This document shows, piece by piece, positions 11,774 through 23,105 of a stretch of 64,000 nucleotides of DNA (the stretch's first letter is position 1; every line of letters begins with the position of its first letter). This DNA is from Tubulanus polymorphus (taxonomy: Eukaryota > Animalia > Nemertea), in the NCBI RefSeq assembly GCF_964204645.1, contig NC_134033.1, forward strand, positions 6,038,231 to 6,102,230, in the 5' to 3' direction. Both the position numbers and the translations under genes were made by a program. The notes below the pieces were generated by a model, which had not been told where the DNA came from, made no database searches, and saw only the letters and a program-made list of their open reading frames with translations.

Positions 11774-14308
11774 ATGCCTAAAAGGAAAAGAAGAGCTGGT
11801 AGCTTTCAGCCGAAGAAGGTAAGACCCTCTTGTCATAGGCAAATGTTAATCTTCTAGTAAGAAGTATGTAGGCCTTTTTTCCGAGTAAAAAATTCATTAA
11901 ACTGTTCATCACATGTGTTAGCTGCGCAATATTTTGGTGCCTGATTTTGGTATTTTATCAGAAAAAACCATATCAGTAAATCATAAACCAGTTGCTTAGA
12001 GGGTGTGTAACTGACCAGTGTCGTATCATCCCTGGTTCTTGTTGAGATAATTATAAGCTATTGAATTGAATTGAACTCATTAGAAAATTCTACGAACGTA
12101 TAGTGAATGAATTTTTTTTCTATTTTCAGAAGGTGGAGGTGGTTGGAGTTCCCTCAGCCCTAACTGGACAAAACAGAGAGATGAAAAAAGGATCAATGGA
12201 AAAAAATTATGAAAAATCTCAAGATGAAGACTACAGAAGAGTTGAAAATGAAATCTTAAATGAAAACCTAAAAAACGCTCAAAATGAAAACTTTAACGAA
12301 ACGCAAAAAGAAAACTCTGATAACAATCAAAACAAGAAGTATGAAGTGAAAATCAATGAAAACTTTGAACCAAAAACTAATGAGAACTATGAATTGAATG
12401 CAAATGAAAAAGATGAAATGAAAATGACTGAAAAACATGGAATGAAAATGAATGAAAAATATGAAATGCATATGAATGGAAACTATGATTTGAAAACAAA
12501 TGAAAAAAATGAAATGAAAATGACTGAAAAACATGAAATGAATATTAATGAGATCTATGATCAGACTATGAATCAAAATTGTGGAACTAATTCGAATGAA
12601 GATATGACAAAAAACAAAGTTGAGACAATTGAAGTGAAATCAGTTTTTTGTGACTTCAATCATGACAACTGTGATACGATTATGCATGACAACTATGATA
12701 AGACTAAACAAGGCAACTATGATAAGGCTATATATGGAATCTGTGAAAAGATTACACTTGACAACTGTGATAAGATTCAACATGATAACGCTGGTCACAA
12801 TATACATGAAACCTCATCGAAAATGAAAGCTGACTCATCTATTCAACCAATTTCGAGTATGATTTCGTGTAGAGATTGTGATGGCAATTTTGGTAACAGT
12901 GAGTCATGTTTAAGTGCTGAGAATATGAGATGTTCATCAATTCATGGAAATTTCCACCAGGGTCATCCAAAATACGATATTCATTCAGGTAAGCAATGTG
13001 TAACAAATGCATTAGCTGCAATGATTCATGCATCAAATAAAGCTGTAATAAACTGGATGCCTCATGATATTGATTCAGTATTGAATATTGGAAATGATTT
13101 ATACGCAACATTGACTAATATGAATACAATAACAAATATGTATTTATTGATCAGTGAGCTACCAACTGCTGTTGAGATTGGAAATTCCATTTATAATGTG
13201 ACTGTTGGATCCCCTCAAGTTGCTATATCTGAATTATCTGATGAAATGAGAGCTGGAAATTTTGGAATTATCAGTGAACTACATGAATGTTTGCACAATA
13301 ATCTGCTTAATTACGACACATGCTTTATAACATTTTCTGGAAATACATTTTGTGTTTTAAAACAGGATGACATGTACTGGATATTTGATTCACATTCGAG
13401 AGATGCATCAGGAATGATGACCGCTGATGGACATGCTGTATTAGTAAGGTACTCTTGTGTTAATTGTATTGTCAAACATTGTCAGAATCTTGCAGCTTCA
13501 ATGAATCAGAGGCAACCAATACAGTATGAAATTACAGTGGCTTCTATCAACCATGAAATTGAAACTACTGTAGAGAATAGCATTATCGAAACAACGACTA
13601 CATACTCTCCAAACTACCAACAAACAAGTAGTGAAGATGAACTGCCCTATACAAACCCAAAAGTAGATGAATGCGATGTAATTGTTACTAGTGAATCCGT
13701 GCAGCATGATGATTTAATTTACAACCCACTAGAAAAAGGTCAGTGCAAAACATTATGCTCTATTCTAGGTATTCATTGTCGACCCTCAACTCTCGGATAT
13801 GAATGTATGCCCAAATATGATGGACAACTCTACTCTCCATGTAATACGCAGAAAATTAAAGGCGATGGAAGCTGTTTTTTTCGGGCAATTTCATATTCAA
13901 TCTGTGGAACTGAGCAATATCATCGGGCTATACGCACCGAAGTTTTAAAGCACATGTGGCAGAATTCCGACAAATTCCAACCACATCTGAGAAATCCACA
14001 ACTTACTATAAATGAGTATATTGATGAATCCCGTATGAAATATACAGGTACTTGGGTGACAGAGGTTGAAATTCTTGCAACAGCTGATTTACTGCATGCT
14101 GATATATATACATTTGTAGGCAATGGTTGGTTACGATTCGCTGGTTCTACTTTCAGTGCACCAAATCGTGTGTGAATTAAATGGCAACATTTATTTGAAA
14201 AATTGCAGAGGTGTACACTATGAAGTTGTGTCATGTGTGAAACAATCTGAGGAATGTATTTGCTCTTGGTGTGGCAAGCGACAAAATACTGAAAAAACTA
14301 ATGAGTAA
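11774..14308 (+). pseudogene. Spliced Helentron ORF: basic N-terminus, Asn/Glu/Lys/Met repeats, herpesvirus tegument-type deubiquitinase (peptidase C76/Herpes_teg_N) and OTU protease; frameshifted and truncated
   Basis: Exon 11774-11818 (MPKRKRRAGSFQPKK, GT donor) splices in frame to AG at 12129. C76 motifs GNFHQG...GKQCVTN...IFDSHSRD. OTU motifs IKGDGSCFFRAIS...GTWVTEVE, with the His motif IYLKNCRGVHYEVV in another frame after ~14165. Confidence 0.8.
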
Positions 14309-14339
14309 ATACAGTTTATAAACTGTATTTACTCATTAG
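14298..14339. repeat. Perfect 42-bp palindrome
   Basis: CTAATGAGTAAATACAGTTTATAAACTGTATTTACTCATTAG equals its own reverse complement. Confidence 0.95.
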
Positions 14340-16598
14340 AAAATGAGGTTTTTAATGTTATCGCTTTTATGGTTATTCAGGCAGATTTGTTTATAGGGGA
14401 GTTGTGTGCTGGTGCAAATGTAGTAAATGTTTCGATTATCAGAGTCTCCTATTTGGATGGGTTTTGTAATGTTATAATATGATAATGTCACAAGTTGGTA
14501 ATAGGTTTATGTTGTTTAATTCTGTCCACTTGTACACATTTGAATTTCGATGTTGTTTGCTTATCATGACACATGTGTAGGAGGTTATGGTACTGGGTTG
14601 TGTAAATGTGTATGGGAGGTTATAATATTTCGTTCTGTAGAGTCTCCTCTGCGAATATATGTCAGAGGGTGACGCGTATTAATGAAGCAGGGTGTTGTGT
14701 TGTGGTGTGTATGTAGTGTATGTTTTGATTTCGATATGTGGAAACATCTATGTGGATGTATATAGGAGGGTCAGGTGTGTTACAATAGTGGGGTTTTGTA
14801 TATACAGGCATGTGTAGTTATGATTTTAATTTTATGTGACCTTTATGTGAATTCATTTATGAGTGACAGGGTTTATATTTTAGTGTTTTTGAAGATTGTG
14901 TGACAATAGTAAATGGGTAAATTGATGTACCTAGTTTCTAGGGAATGAAACAGTGTGTATTTGGAATTGATATGTTGTTAAGTAACAGTGGTATAAGCTG
15001 GGGAAAGTATGTAGATAGTTGTAATGGGGCATGAATGATATTTGACATTGTGATTGATATGTAGCAATGTAACAGTAAGATATGGTGGTGGATGTATATA
15101 TCTAGCTGTCATGGGGATGAAGCAGTCACTGTGTGGAATGGATGTGTTGGAATGTAACAGCTATGTACAGTGTACAAAATGAGTATTATTTCATGCTGGG
15201 GGATATTGATGCGTTGTTGCCATAGGTTTTGATGTGATAACACTGTACATATATTACCACCATTAATATTACTAAACACATATGTACAGTCTTATGAATG
15301 ATTATGTATGGAACTGTATGAAGGATTGTATTGAATATATAGGAAATGGTAATTGATCATGTAGCAATCATTTGTGGCGATGTATGTATTTTGTATTGTG
15401 CAGTGAGATAGTATTCAGAAATTTTTGTAATCAATGTTGTGGGATGAAATATAAATAAAAGGTGGATGGTATGATGATATGTGTTGTGTATAATTATTGT
15501 TTCCAAATTTGGTGCTTATCCCCATATGCTTGGCCAAGTTCTGATGTCATTTACTACATTGTCCCTGGCAAGGATTTGAGCTTGATGGCATGGCGACTGC
15601 CACAGTACAATGGGGTTCCTGCAGTGCTGCTGTGGCAATTGAGGATTCCACTCATAGCTAGTGACAATCCGCCAGGTTGCTAGTAAGTAGTTCGTCATTC
15701 GCCAGTGCGACATATGAAAGTTAGGCAGAAACCCGTTATCGCTGCTATGCAGCTATATTTACAGTTATATTCAGAACAGTTAACAAAGGCAAAGAAATTT
15801 ATTGAATTATGGAATAATGATCCAAATAATGAACAATACGTTGAGGAATTTGATATAAAGGATCCGATGTTTATACTAGAACATGATTCTATTTGAACCT
15901 ATATACATTCCATGTACAGAGCTATGGAATAAATCTATAAATTCACAGCTGTTACAGCCGTTACTATGACGCCGAGACTTATGACTCATTATTACAAACG
16001 TGCAGAGAACACTCTAGAACCGGAACCAGATGACGTGGCAAGACATGAACAGGCGCTGTAACATTGTGCTCAGGATATTCTATCTATCGAAACGAAATTA
16101 GGAGTTTATAGTTTACAATTCTAAATCTAAATGTAAGTACTGTTTGTTGTAGTTATTAGGGCTATTAAATATGAAACCTTTAGATATATTTAAGTGTTTT
16201 TAGTATATCCTTTAGATGGCTAGAGTTGCCGCTAATATCTTTTAGATTAATAAAACGCCATACGCATCAAGAAGTGATAGAGAAACTCAAGATACTCTTT
16301 CTGACTGAGGAATCCACAGCAATGGATATCAAACCAATAGAAATTAGCACAAGAAACACAAGAATCGCCAAAAGATCGACGAAGAAACTATATAAGAATT
16401 TCAAAAACATTAAGACTCCAATGATTAAGTTTAACATTTGTTGTTTTAGTTAAATATTTACCAGCAATTGAAAAAGTGTTTGTAATTATAAATTGTATTT
16501 ATAGAAATCAAATGATGTATTGGAAGAAACGACTGAACAACTTGTATAATGTATTGTGTAAATCTGTTTGGTGAATTTTTATGTTCAGTCGTTTCTAT

Positions 16599-17047
16599 TA
16601 TGATTAGCGCATGCGCATTAAGCAAAACCGGCCATAAATGGCCGCATGTGACCGACACATGTAACGCATGTGACGCGGACATGAACGCGTTTGAATTTTC
16701 TATGTTCAGTTGTTTCTATTTTACAGAATGAATATATAATTATGATTAGCGCATGTGTATTAAGCAAAAGCGGACATCAATGGCCGCATGTGGCGCATGT
16801 AACGCATGTGACGAGGACATGAATGCGTTTGAATTTTCTATGTTCAGTTGTTTCTATTTGCATAATGAATATATAATTATGATTAACACATGTGCATTAA
16901 GCAAAACCGGCCATAAATGGCCGCATGTGACGCATGTAACGCATGTGTTGTTTCTATTTTACAGAATTTATAGAATGAATATATAATTATGATTAACGCA
17001 TGCGCATTAAGCAAAAACGCTCCTGTATGCCCGCATGTGACGCGGAT
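16599..17047. repeat. Four ~110-140-bp tandem units with GCGCATGCGC and AAATGGCCGC motifs inside Polinton B
   Basis: Units begin TATGATTA(G/A)C(G/A)CATG near 16599, 16741, 16878 and 16989. Confidence 0.85.
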
Positions 17048-17190
17048 ATTGTAACTGGTATTATTTAGATATCAAGGAATCGAAACAACTTATCAAAAGC
17101 AGCGAGGAATGAAAAAGGATGACGTTGGTCGAAGAAATGGAAGAGGATTCTAAAATATTAACCAATTTAGTTAAAAAATATGTATAATAA

Positions 17191-17862
17191 ATGGAACCAG
17201 AACAACCACAAACTATAAATATTACAAATAACACTGGTGGTGTTATAAATATATATTACAAGAAGTGTTCTAAGTGTGAATTAGATAAATTAGCTTTAAC
17301 AGAATTTAGTAAGCGTAAGATTAGCAAAGATGGTTTTCAATATTGTTGTAAAACTTGTTTTAAACTATATATTAAACAATATCGAGAAGATAATATAAAA
17401 CATTATAATTATTATATGGCAGAATATATGAGAGAAAGATATCAAACAGATCTTAATTTTAGATTAAAACAATGTTTAAGATCTAGATTAACACAATTAT
17501 TCAACAAAGAAACACATTCAGAAACACTATCTAATTTATTGGGTTGTTCAGATGAATTTCTCAAATCATGGATTATATTTCAATTCGATGATAAAATGAA
17601 TATAGTTAATTATGGGGATTATTACCATATTGATCACGTGTTACCAATATCTAAATTTAACATGAATGATGAATACAATAAAAAACTTATTTGGAATTGG
17701 AAGAATTTAAGACCTTTAGAAATGAAGGAAAACATAATTAAATCAAATAAACTAGATTTACAGTTATATTTAGAACAGTTAACAAAGGCAAAGAAATTTA
17801 TTGATCAATGGAACAATGATCCAAATAATGAACAATACGTTGAGTCTTTAATGAGTGGTTAA
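17191..17862 (+). CDS. Zn-ribbon plus HNH-type endonuclease (NCLDV homing-endonuclease-like)
   Basis: KKCSKC...DGFQYCCKTC; LLGCSDEFLKSWI; NYGDYYHIDHVLPISKF...WKNLRPL...ENIIKSNK. Confidence 0.8.
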   Translation: MEPEQPQTINITNNTGGVINIYYKKCSKCELDKLALTEFSKRKISKDGFQYCCKTCFKLYIKQYREDNIKHYNYYMAEYMRERYQTDLNFRLKQCLRSRLTQLFNKETHSETLSNLLGCSDEFLKSWIIFQFDDKMNIVNYGDYYHIDHVLPISKFNMNDEYNKKLIWNWKNLRPLEMKENIIKSNKLDLQLYLEQLTKAKKFIDQWNNDPNNEQYVESLMSG

Positions 17863-18086
17863 AGAATAATAGATTTTAAATAAAAAGTATTAAAAATTAC
17901 ATAACTTCAACTAGCTAGTGAATTCTATTATGTTTTTAATATTTTCTTTTCAAAAAAGAATACTTTATATGACAAATAAAAAATACTAAAAAAACAATAA
18001 CTAATACTAGAATTCTTTAGCTTTAACTAGCTAGTATCATTTTATAATACTTATAATATTTTTCTTATTAAATTTCTCTAATATAA

Positions 18087-18689
18087 ATGTCAAAGAAATC
18101 GAGTAAGAATATTATTGATATTGAAAAAACATTAGATGATTTGGGTATTAGTGATAATAAGGACCCAGTTGTTTCTAATTCTATTCAAGTTAATTGTAAT
18201 ATAGATTATGAATACTATTTATATTGTAAGCATCATCTCGAATTATTAATTGCTGGCGGGAAATCTAAGGATTTCTTGGGAAAAATAATAACTTTTCAAG
18301 AATTAGATGCTATGAAACCACATAAAGTGATAAAATATTTTAAGATTTATGAAGAGGCAAGATTAGCCCGAATAAATGATTCTATTTCAGATGGTATTGT
18401 CAAATGTTATTCTAAGTTATGTAACCAGTTAATACCAATTAATGATGAAAATAAATTATATAGTGATTTGAAAAATGACTACTTAGTTATGACTGAATTA
18501 CAAAAATGGGTTGGATATGCTTCATTTCAATTAGGATCGGTTATGATATTAATTTCTACTGGTGTCATAACATTTTCGAACATCAAGCCTATGGAATATA
18601 AATCAGGTAAGAACGAAACAGATGTACTACAACCAAACGTCGAAACAGAAAATGAATCAGAACAAAAATTAACTAAAATAAATGAGTGA
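18087..18689 (+). CDS. Polinton hypothetical protein, 200 aa, hydrophobic segment near C-terminus
   Basis: Intact ORF with TAAATG start inside the element. Confidence 0.7.
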   Translation: MSKKSSKNIIDIEKTLDDLGISDNKDPVVSNSIQVNCNIDYEYYLYCKHHLELLIAGGKSKDFLGKIITFQELDAMKPHKVIKYFKIYEEARLARINDSISDGIVKCYSKLCNQLIPINDENKLYSDLKNDYLVMTELQKWVGYASFQLGSVMILISTGVITFSNIKPMEYKSGKNETDVLQPNVETENESEQKLTKINE

Positions 18690-19041
18690 TGGAGTTAAGA
18701 AAAAGGCTAGATCCGAGAAACAAATTAAATGGGCAAGAGAATTAGGTAAAAATCTTCAGAATTAAAAAAAAGCTAAGAAAAAGAAATTAACTGATATAAA
18801 TGAATCACCTGATATTGATTCAAATAATAATCCATCTGATTCTTCTAATAGTGGAAGAAATAATTACTTATATATTACAATTGGGTTAATCACAATTATT
18901 ATATTCTCCGGTGTAATATATAAATCAAAATTCAAATCTGATGATAACAATAATGATTCCAATGACAACAAACCTATCATACCAAATAAGTCAAATGATA
19001 AAGTCATTGAAAATAAACCAAGATTAATATTAATGGATTAA
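18682..19041 (+). pseudogene. Small Lys/Asn-rich single-TM protein with one frameshift
   Basis: MSDGVKKKARSEKQIKWARELGK / ...NYLYITIGLITIIIFSGVIYK...PRLILMD*; homolog at 5882. Confidence 0.65.
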
Positions 19042-19047
19042 AATAAG

Positions 19048-20142
19048 ATGAAAAAAGAACAATATTTAAGAGAGTTATATTATAACCCAGAAAGTGAAGT
19101 ATCATATTCTAACGTTACAGAATTATGGAATAAAATTAAATCTGATAATGGTGGTATAAAATATAGTGAATTAAAATCATGGTAACAAAATCAACCAACA
19201 TATCAAATCCACAAGAAAATGGATAAAACTTATTTAACAAGAAAAGTTACGGTTTCATGTATCGATCAACAATGGCAAGCAGATTTAATTGACATGAAGA
19301 ACTTAGAAGAATACAACAAAGGATATTTCTGGATACTGAATGTTATAGACATATTCAGTAGATACGCATGGTCAAATCCAATCAAAAATAAAACTGGTAT
19401 AGAAGTGACAAATGCTTTTAAATCAATATTTAAAGAAGCTATTCCAGATAAGATACAATTTGATGAAGGTAAAGAATTTTATAACAAACATTTTAAAAAA
19501 CTATTATCTAACGATGTAGATTATTTTTCAACACATTCAGATAAAAAAGCATCTATTATAGAAAGATTTAATAAAACATTGAAAACTAGAATGTGGAAAT
19601 ATTTTACTGCTAATGAAACATATATTTATATCGATGAGTCTATAAATATATTAGATGATTTAGTGAAAGGTTATAATAATTCTAAACATAGTTCTATAAA
19701 TATGAAACCTATACAAGCTAGAAAAGAAGATAATTCGGAAATAGTTTGGAATAATTTATATGGAGCGTTTGTTACGCATGATTTTGGTGAACCAAAATTT
19801 AAAATTGGACAACACGTAAGAATATCTACATATAGAAAAACATTTTATAAAGGTTATACCCCAAATTTTACAGAAGAAATATTCAAGATTAAAAAGATAA
19901 TATTAACTAAACCATTTGTTTTTAAATTAGAAGATCTAAAAGATGAAGAAATATTAGGTTATTTCTATGAACAAGAATTATCACTTGTACCAAACCCAGA
20001 TGAAATAGAATACAAAATAGAAAAAGTATTGAAAACAAAAACTCTTAAAGGAAAAAAGTATTCTTTGTGGAAATATAAAGGATATGATGATAAATTTAAT
20101 GAATGGATTTTATCTAGTAAAATTAAAAGAATAAATAAATAA
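19048..20142 (+). pseudogene. rve integrase plus chromodomain, copy B; one nonsense codon at 19183-19185
   Basis: MKKEQYLRELYYNP start is in frame with ORF 19219-20142. QWQADLID, QFDEGKEF and IERFNKTLK motifs; C-terminal EYKIEKVL...KYKGYDDKFNEWI. Confidence 0.93.
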
Positions 20143-20170
20143 AGATTTATTTATATTTGAACCGCATAAT

Positions 20171-20746
20171 ATGTTAGTTACTGGAGTAACAAATTGTGGT
20201 AAAACACATTTCATATTAGATTTGTTAGAAACTATTTATAAGAATCATTTTGATAATATAATATTATTCTGTCCTACTTATGAAATGAATAAAACATATA
20301 ATAGAGATATAGTTAAAATAAAAAAGTTTATTATATTAGATCCTAAAACAGTAAAAGAAAATTTAGATAATTGTATAAAAATAGCAATTGATACTTATAA
20401 AGGATCAAATACATTATTCATTGTAGATGATTGCGCAAATTTACATGATTCAAAAGTGAGAGAAAGTGAGTTATGTTATTTAGCTTTCTCTGGGAGACAT
20501 TTCGGGATAACAACATGGGTTTTAAATCAAAAATATAATTCAATTGTTAAAGACTTTAGGGAGAATATAAGATTTTTAGTTTTATTTTATAACAAAGATA
20601 GAAAATCTATGCAAAAATCATTGGAAGAAAATCAAATTATACCTACTGAATTACATGATGAATATATGAATAAATTAAAGAATAATAAAGGTTCAAAATT
20701 ATTACTGAGACTACAATTTCCCTATGAATATAAATTTATAAAATAA
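20171..20746 (+). CDS. A32/FtsK-like DNA packaging ATPase
   Basis: Walker A GVTNCGKT, Walker B FIVDD, arginine motif SGRH. By comparison with copy A the original start was probably at 20135 (now ATA). Confidence 0.92.
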   Translation: MLVTGVTNCGKTHFILDLLETIYKNHFDNIILFCPTYEMNKTYNRDIVKIKKFIILDPKTVKENLDNCIKIAIDTYKGSNTLFIVDDCANLHDSKVRESELCYLAFSGRHFGITTWVLNQKYNSIVKDFRENIRFLVLFYNKDRKSMQKSLEENQIIPTELHDEYMNKLKNNKGSKLLLRLQFPYEYKFIK

Positions 20747-20765
20747 CTATTTATATAACTATGTA

Positions 20766-20842
20766 TTAGATACCCTATTAGATACCCTATTACCTGATAC
20801 CCTATTAGATACCCTAATACCTGATACCTTGTTAGATACCTT
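20766..20842. repeat. Short tandem repeat (GATACCCTATTA-like) between convergent gene blocks
   Basis: Six GATACC-containing units of 12-16 bp. Confidence 0.8.
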
Positions 20843-20901
20843 AAATACTTAAAACCCCTTTTTTATTTACTATTATTTTATACAATTTTCAACCTTTATT
20901 A

Positions 20902-21788
20902 TTATTTGAGTGTTAGATAATCAATTTCTGAATCACTTTCACTATCAGACCCTAACAATTTATTCAAATTCTCTACCGTATCTTCTTCTAATTCTTTATT
21001 ATTTTTATACTTATTTTTCACCTTTTTTACCGAATCATCAATAGTTGTTTCATTGTTATGCTTATTCATCCAATCAAATTTATCATTATTTTCTACTTTA
21101 TGTTTCAGAGAATCTTTATTAGTGTTTGCTCCTAATATTTCATTTACAGTGTTTGATCCTAATATTTCATTAGCATCGGTTAAATCTAATTCATTTTTAT
21201 TAGGTGTTGCTAATAAAAATCTTCATATAATTCTTTACCATTTACTTTTATATTTGAAACAAATTTTGTAACATATCTAAATGGGTGTTCTATAAATTCT
21301 TTTAAACCAACACGTTCTATTACATTAGTAATATGTGAATTTGTATTCATATGTTTGTTCCAATTTGATGGAGCGTTTGAAAATTCACCTTTACAATAAT
21401 CACAATAATTTCTATTTTTACTAACATTTAGTATTATTGCATTATTATATGTAGTAGGTATTACATTATTAGATGTAGTAGGTATTACATTATTAGATGT
21501 AGTAGGTATTACATTATTAGATGTAGTAGGTATTATATTATTAGATGTAGTAGGTATTACTGTAGTAGGTATTACTGTAGTAGGTATTACATTATTATCA
21601 ATTACATTACTTAAATTATCAACAACTTCACTTTTATTATAATCGATTTCTATTAGTTTAGTTTTATAATTTTTGAAAATAGGATCAAATATCAAAGCTA
21701 TATTACAAGGTATTACATGATATAAACCATCATTATTTTCATGTGTATCGATGTATGGAATATGTTTATATACTTTACCTCCTTCCAT
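20902..21788 (-). pseudogene. Zinc-finger protein with IPTTSNNV tandem repeats; frameshift near 21215
   Basis: CDYCKGEFSNAPSNWNKHMNTNSH; 24-bp repeats at ~21440-21600. An open frame continues LATPNKNELDL...SDSEIDYLTLK* to 20902. Confidence 0.7.
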
Positions 21789-21837
21789 TTAATATAAGAT
21801 TTTTTATTAAAGTTAAAATTTTAATATTTCATAACAC

Positions 21838-23085
21838 TTAATACATAACACTATTTAATTGAGAATTTACAATATTTAATTGCGCGTCAGATATAATATA
21901 AATGTGCATTTTGAAATTTAGACTTCCTTTTTTCTTTGTCATGAATAATTGTATTCCATCTTTAGTGTTTTGTAATTTTTTTCCAGAACCATGTAATGAA
22001 TTATCTTCTGTTGTTCTAAAATCTAACCATAATGCATATCTATTACCGGTATAATAATCAATTTGATTAATGTTACAATTCTCAGATGATTTCACTTTTT
22101 CATTCATAAAATGTTTTCTAATTTCTGGCCATTGATCTATCATTCTCATTCCTTGACAAAATATTTTATTTGCTATTCCTTCGATAGTTATTTCTACTTT
22201 TGTTATTTCAGGACTATAATACTTATCAACCTGTATTGCACCATTAGAGTATGCTGCAATAGTAAAAAATATTAATATACCTTTAATAGATCTTCTTGGG
22301 AAGTTAATATTCTCATTAATAATTTCATCATTTGCATTAATAGTTACAGTTTTAAATTTATCAATATAATCATATAATAATGAAAATCCTTGATTGTATT
22401 GAGTTTGAATTATGCTTGCAATATTTTCATCAGTTACTGTATCATATTCTAAATATATATTCGATAATTTATAACTCATATCTTTAACAACGCTAGATAA
22501 TACAATTTCATTTACCGGAGCAAATGTTATTTCGAATATAACGTCTTCTTGAATTGCATATTTATATAAAGGTGCATTGTTATTTATCAATTCAAAGTCT
22601 AATGGAATTTTATATTTGCTTCCATAAATATTTTTTATCAAATTATCTGCGGTACGAGTTACTATTGCGTCATTAGCTCCTGATCTTAATTTATTTTGGT
22701 TTTCTGATTGGATTCCTTGAAATATCATATTAATTCTATTTTCTTTAGTTAACCATAAATCTTTATAATGCATAAATAGATTATAATCATCTAATGAGAA
22801 AACTGTTTCTGGACCAATCTTTATAGTTAATTTTTTAATCAAATATCTTCCAACATTATCAACAACATAATTATTATCATGACCAGTTACTTTTATATCG
22901 GCAGATAAATAAATACTATTTGGAACGTAAAAAGTATTTTGTGTTAATCGAGGAATTCTAACATATAAAGTTTCATCGGGATTAATATTAGAAGGATTAT
23001 GAGTAATTATATGATGTGATCTTTCTGCTTTAATAGCATTAGATATTCTAGAAATCTTAGAAGGACTTATATAACTCCCACTCAT
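21838..23085 (-). CDS. Putative major capsid protein (double jelly-roll, hexon-like), intact
   Basis: 415 aa with alternating beta-strand pattern (TLYVRIP, IYLSADIKV, IFEITFAP, NIYLEYDTV, KGILIFF, MHIYIISDA). Most conserved gene between the two copies; Polinton context. Fold inferred. Confidence 0.8.
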   Translation of the reverse strand: MSGSYISPSKISRISNAIKAERSHHIITHNPSNINPDETLYVRIPRLTQNTFYVPNSIYLSADIKVTGHDNNYVVDNVGRYLIKKLTIKIGPETVFSLDDYNLFMHYKDLWLTKENRINMIFQGIQSENQNKLRSGANDAIVTRTADNLIKNIYGSKYKIPLDFELINNNAPLYKYAIQEDVIFEITFAPVNEIVLSSVVKDMSYKLSNIYLEYDTVTDENIASIIQTQYNQGFSLLYDYIDKFKTVTINANDEIINENINFPRRSIKGILIFFTIAAYSNGAIQVDKYYSPEITKVEITIEGIANKIFCQGMRMIDQWPEIRKHFMNEKVKSSENCNINQIDYYTGNRYALWLDFRTTEDNSLHGSGKKLQNTKDGIQLFMTKKKGSLNFKMHIYIISDAQLNIVNSQLNSVMY

Positions 23086-23105
23086 TTATTTAACAAAAAA
23101 ATTAA

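Larger units (their letters stand above)
9122..15758 (+). mobile_element. Helentron/Helitron2-type element, internally deleted (no RepHel visible), nested in Polinton B
   Basis: 5' end TTAGGGTTTCTGC-TGCTTTC-GCAGAAACCCT hairpin followed by a (TTA)n microsatellite. 3' subterminal GCAGAAACCC plus GCTGC-TAT-GCAGC hairpin and TATATTT. Inserted at a TT site, and excision restores an ORF. Exact ends ambiguous by a few nt. Confidence 0.8.
9008..15896 (+). pseudogene. 83-aa ORF (TIR-encoded zinc finger fused to a duplicate of the HNH-gene C-terminus), split by the Helentron
   Basis: Joining 9008-9121 to 15759-15896 gives in-frame MEANKYYCPTC...HNKTKTHLENKLKLEY-LQLYSEQLTKAKKFIELWNNDPNNEQYVEEF...*. Confidence 0.7.

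Noticed and set aside
12268-14234. Minus-strand ORFs opposite the deubiquitinase gene
   Set aside because: Antisense shadows of a motif-bearing ORF.
14340-15720. Remnant RepHel or AP endonuclease of the Helentron
   Set aside because: No convincing HUH, PIF1 or endonuclease motifs found by eye; needs a profile search.
16458-16986. Cys-rich ORFs
   Set aside because: Translations of the tandem repeat array.
19043-19050. Baculovirus late promoter ATAAG before the integrase
   Set aside because: Single occurrence in very AT-rich DNA.
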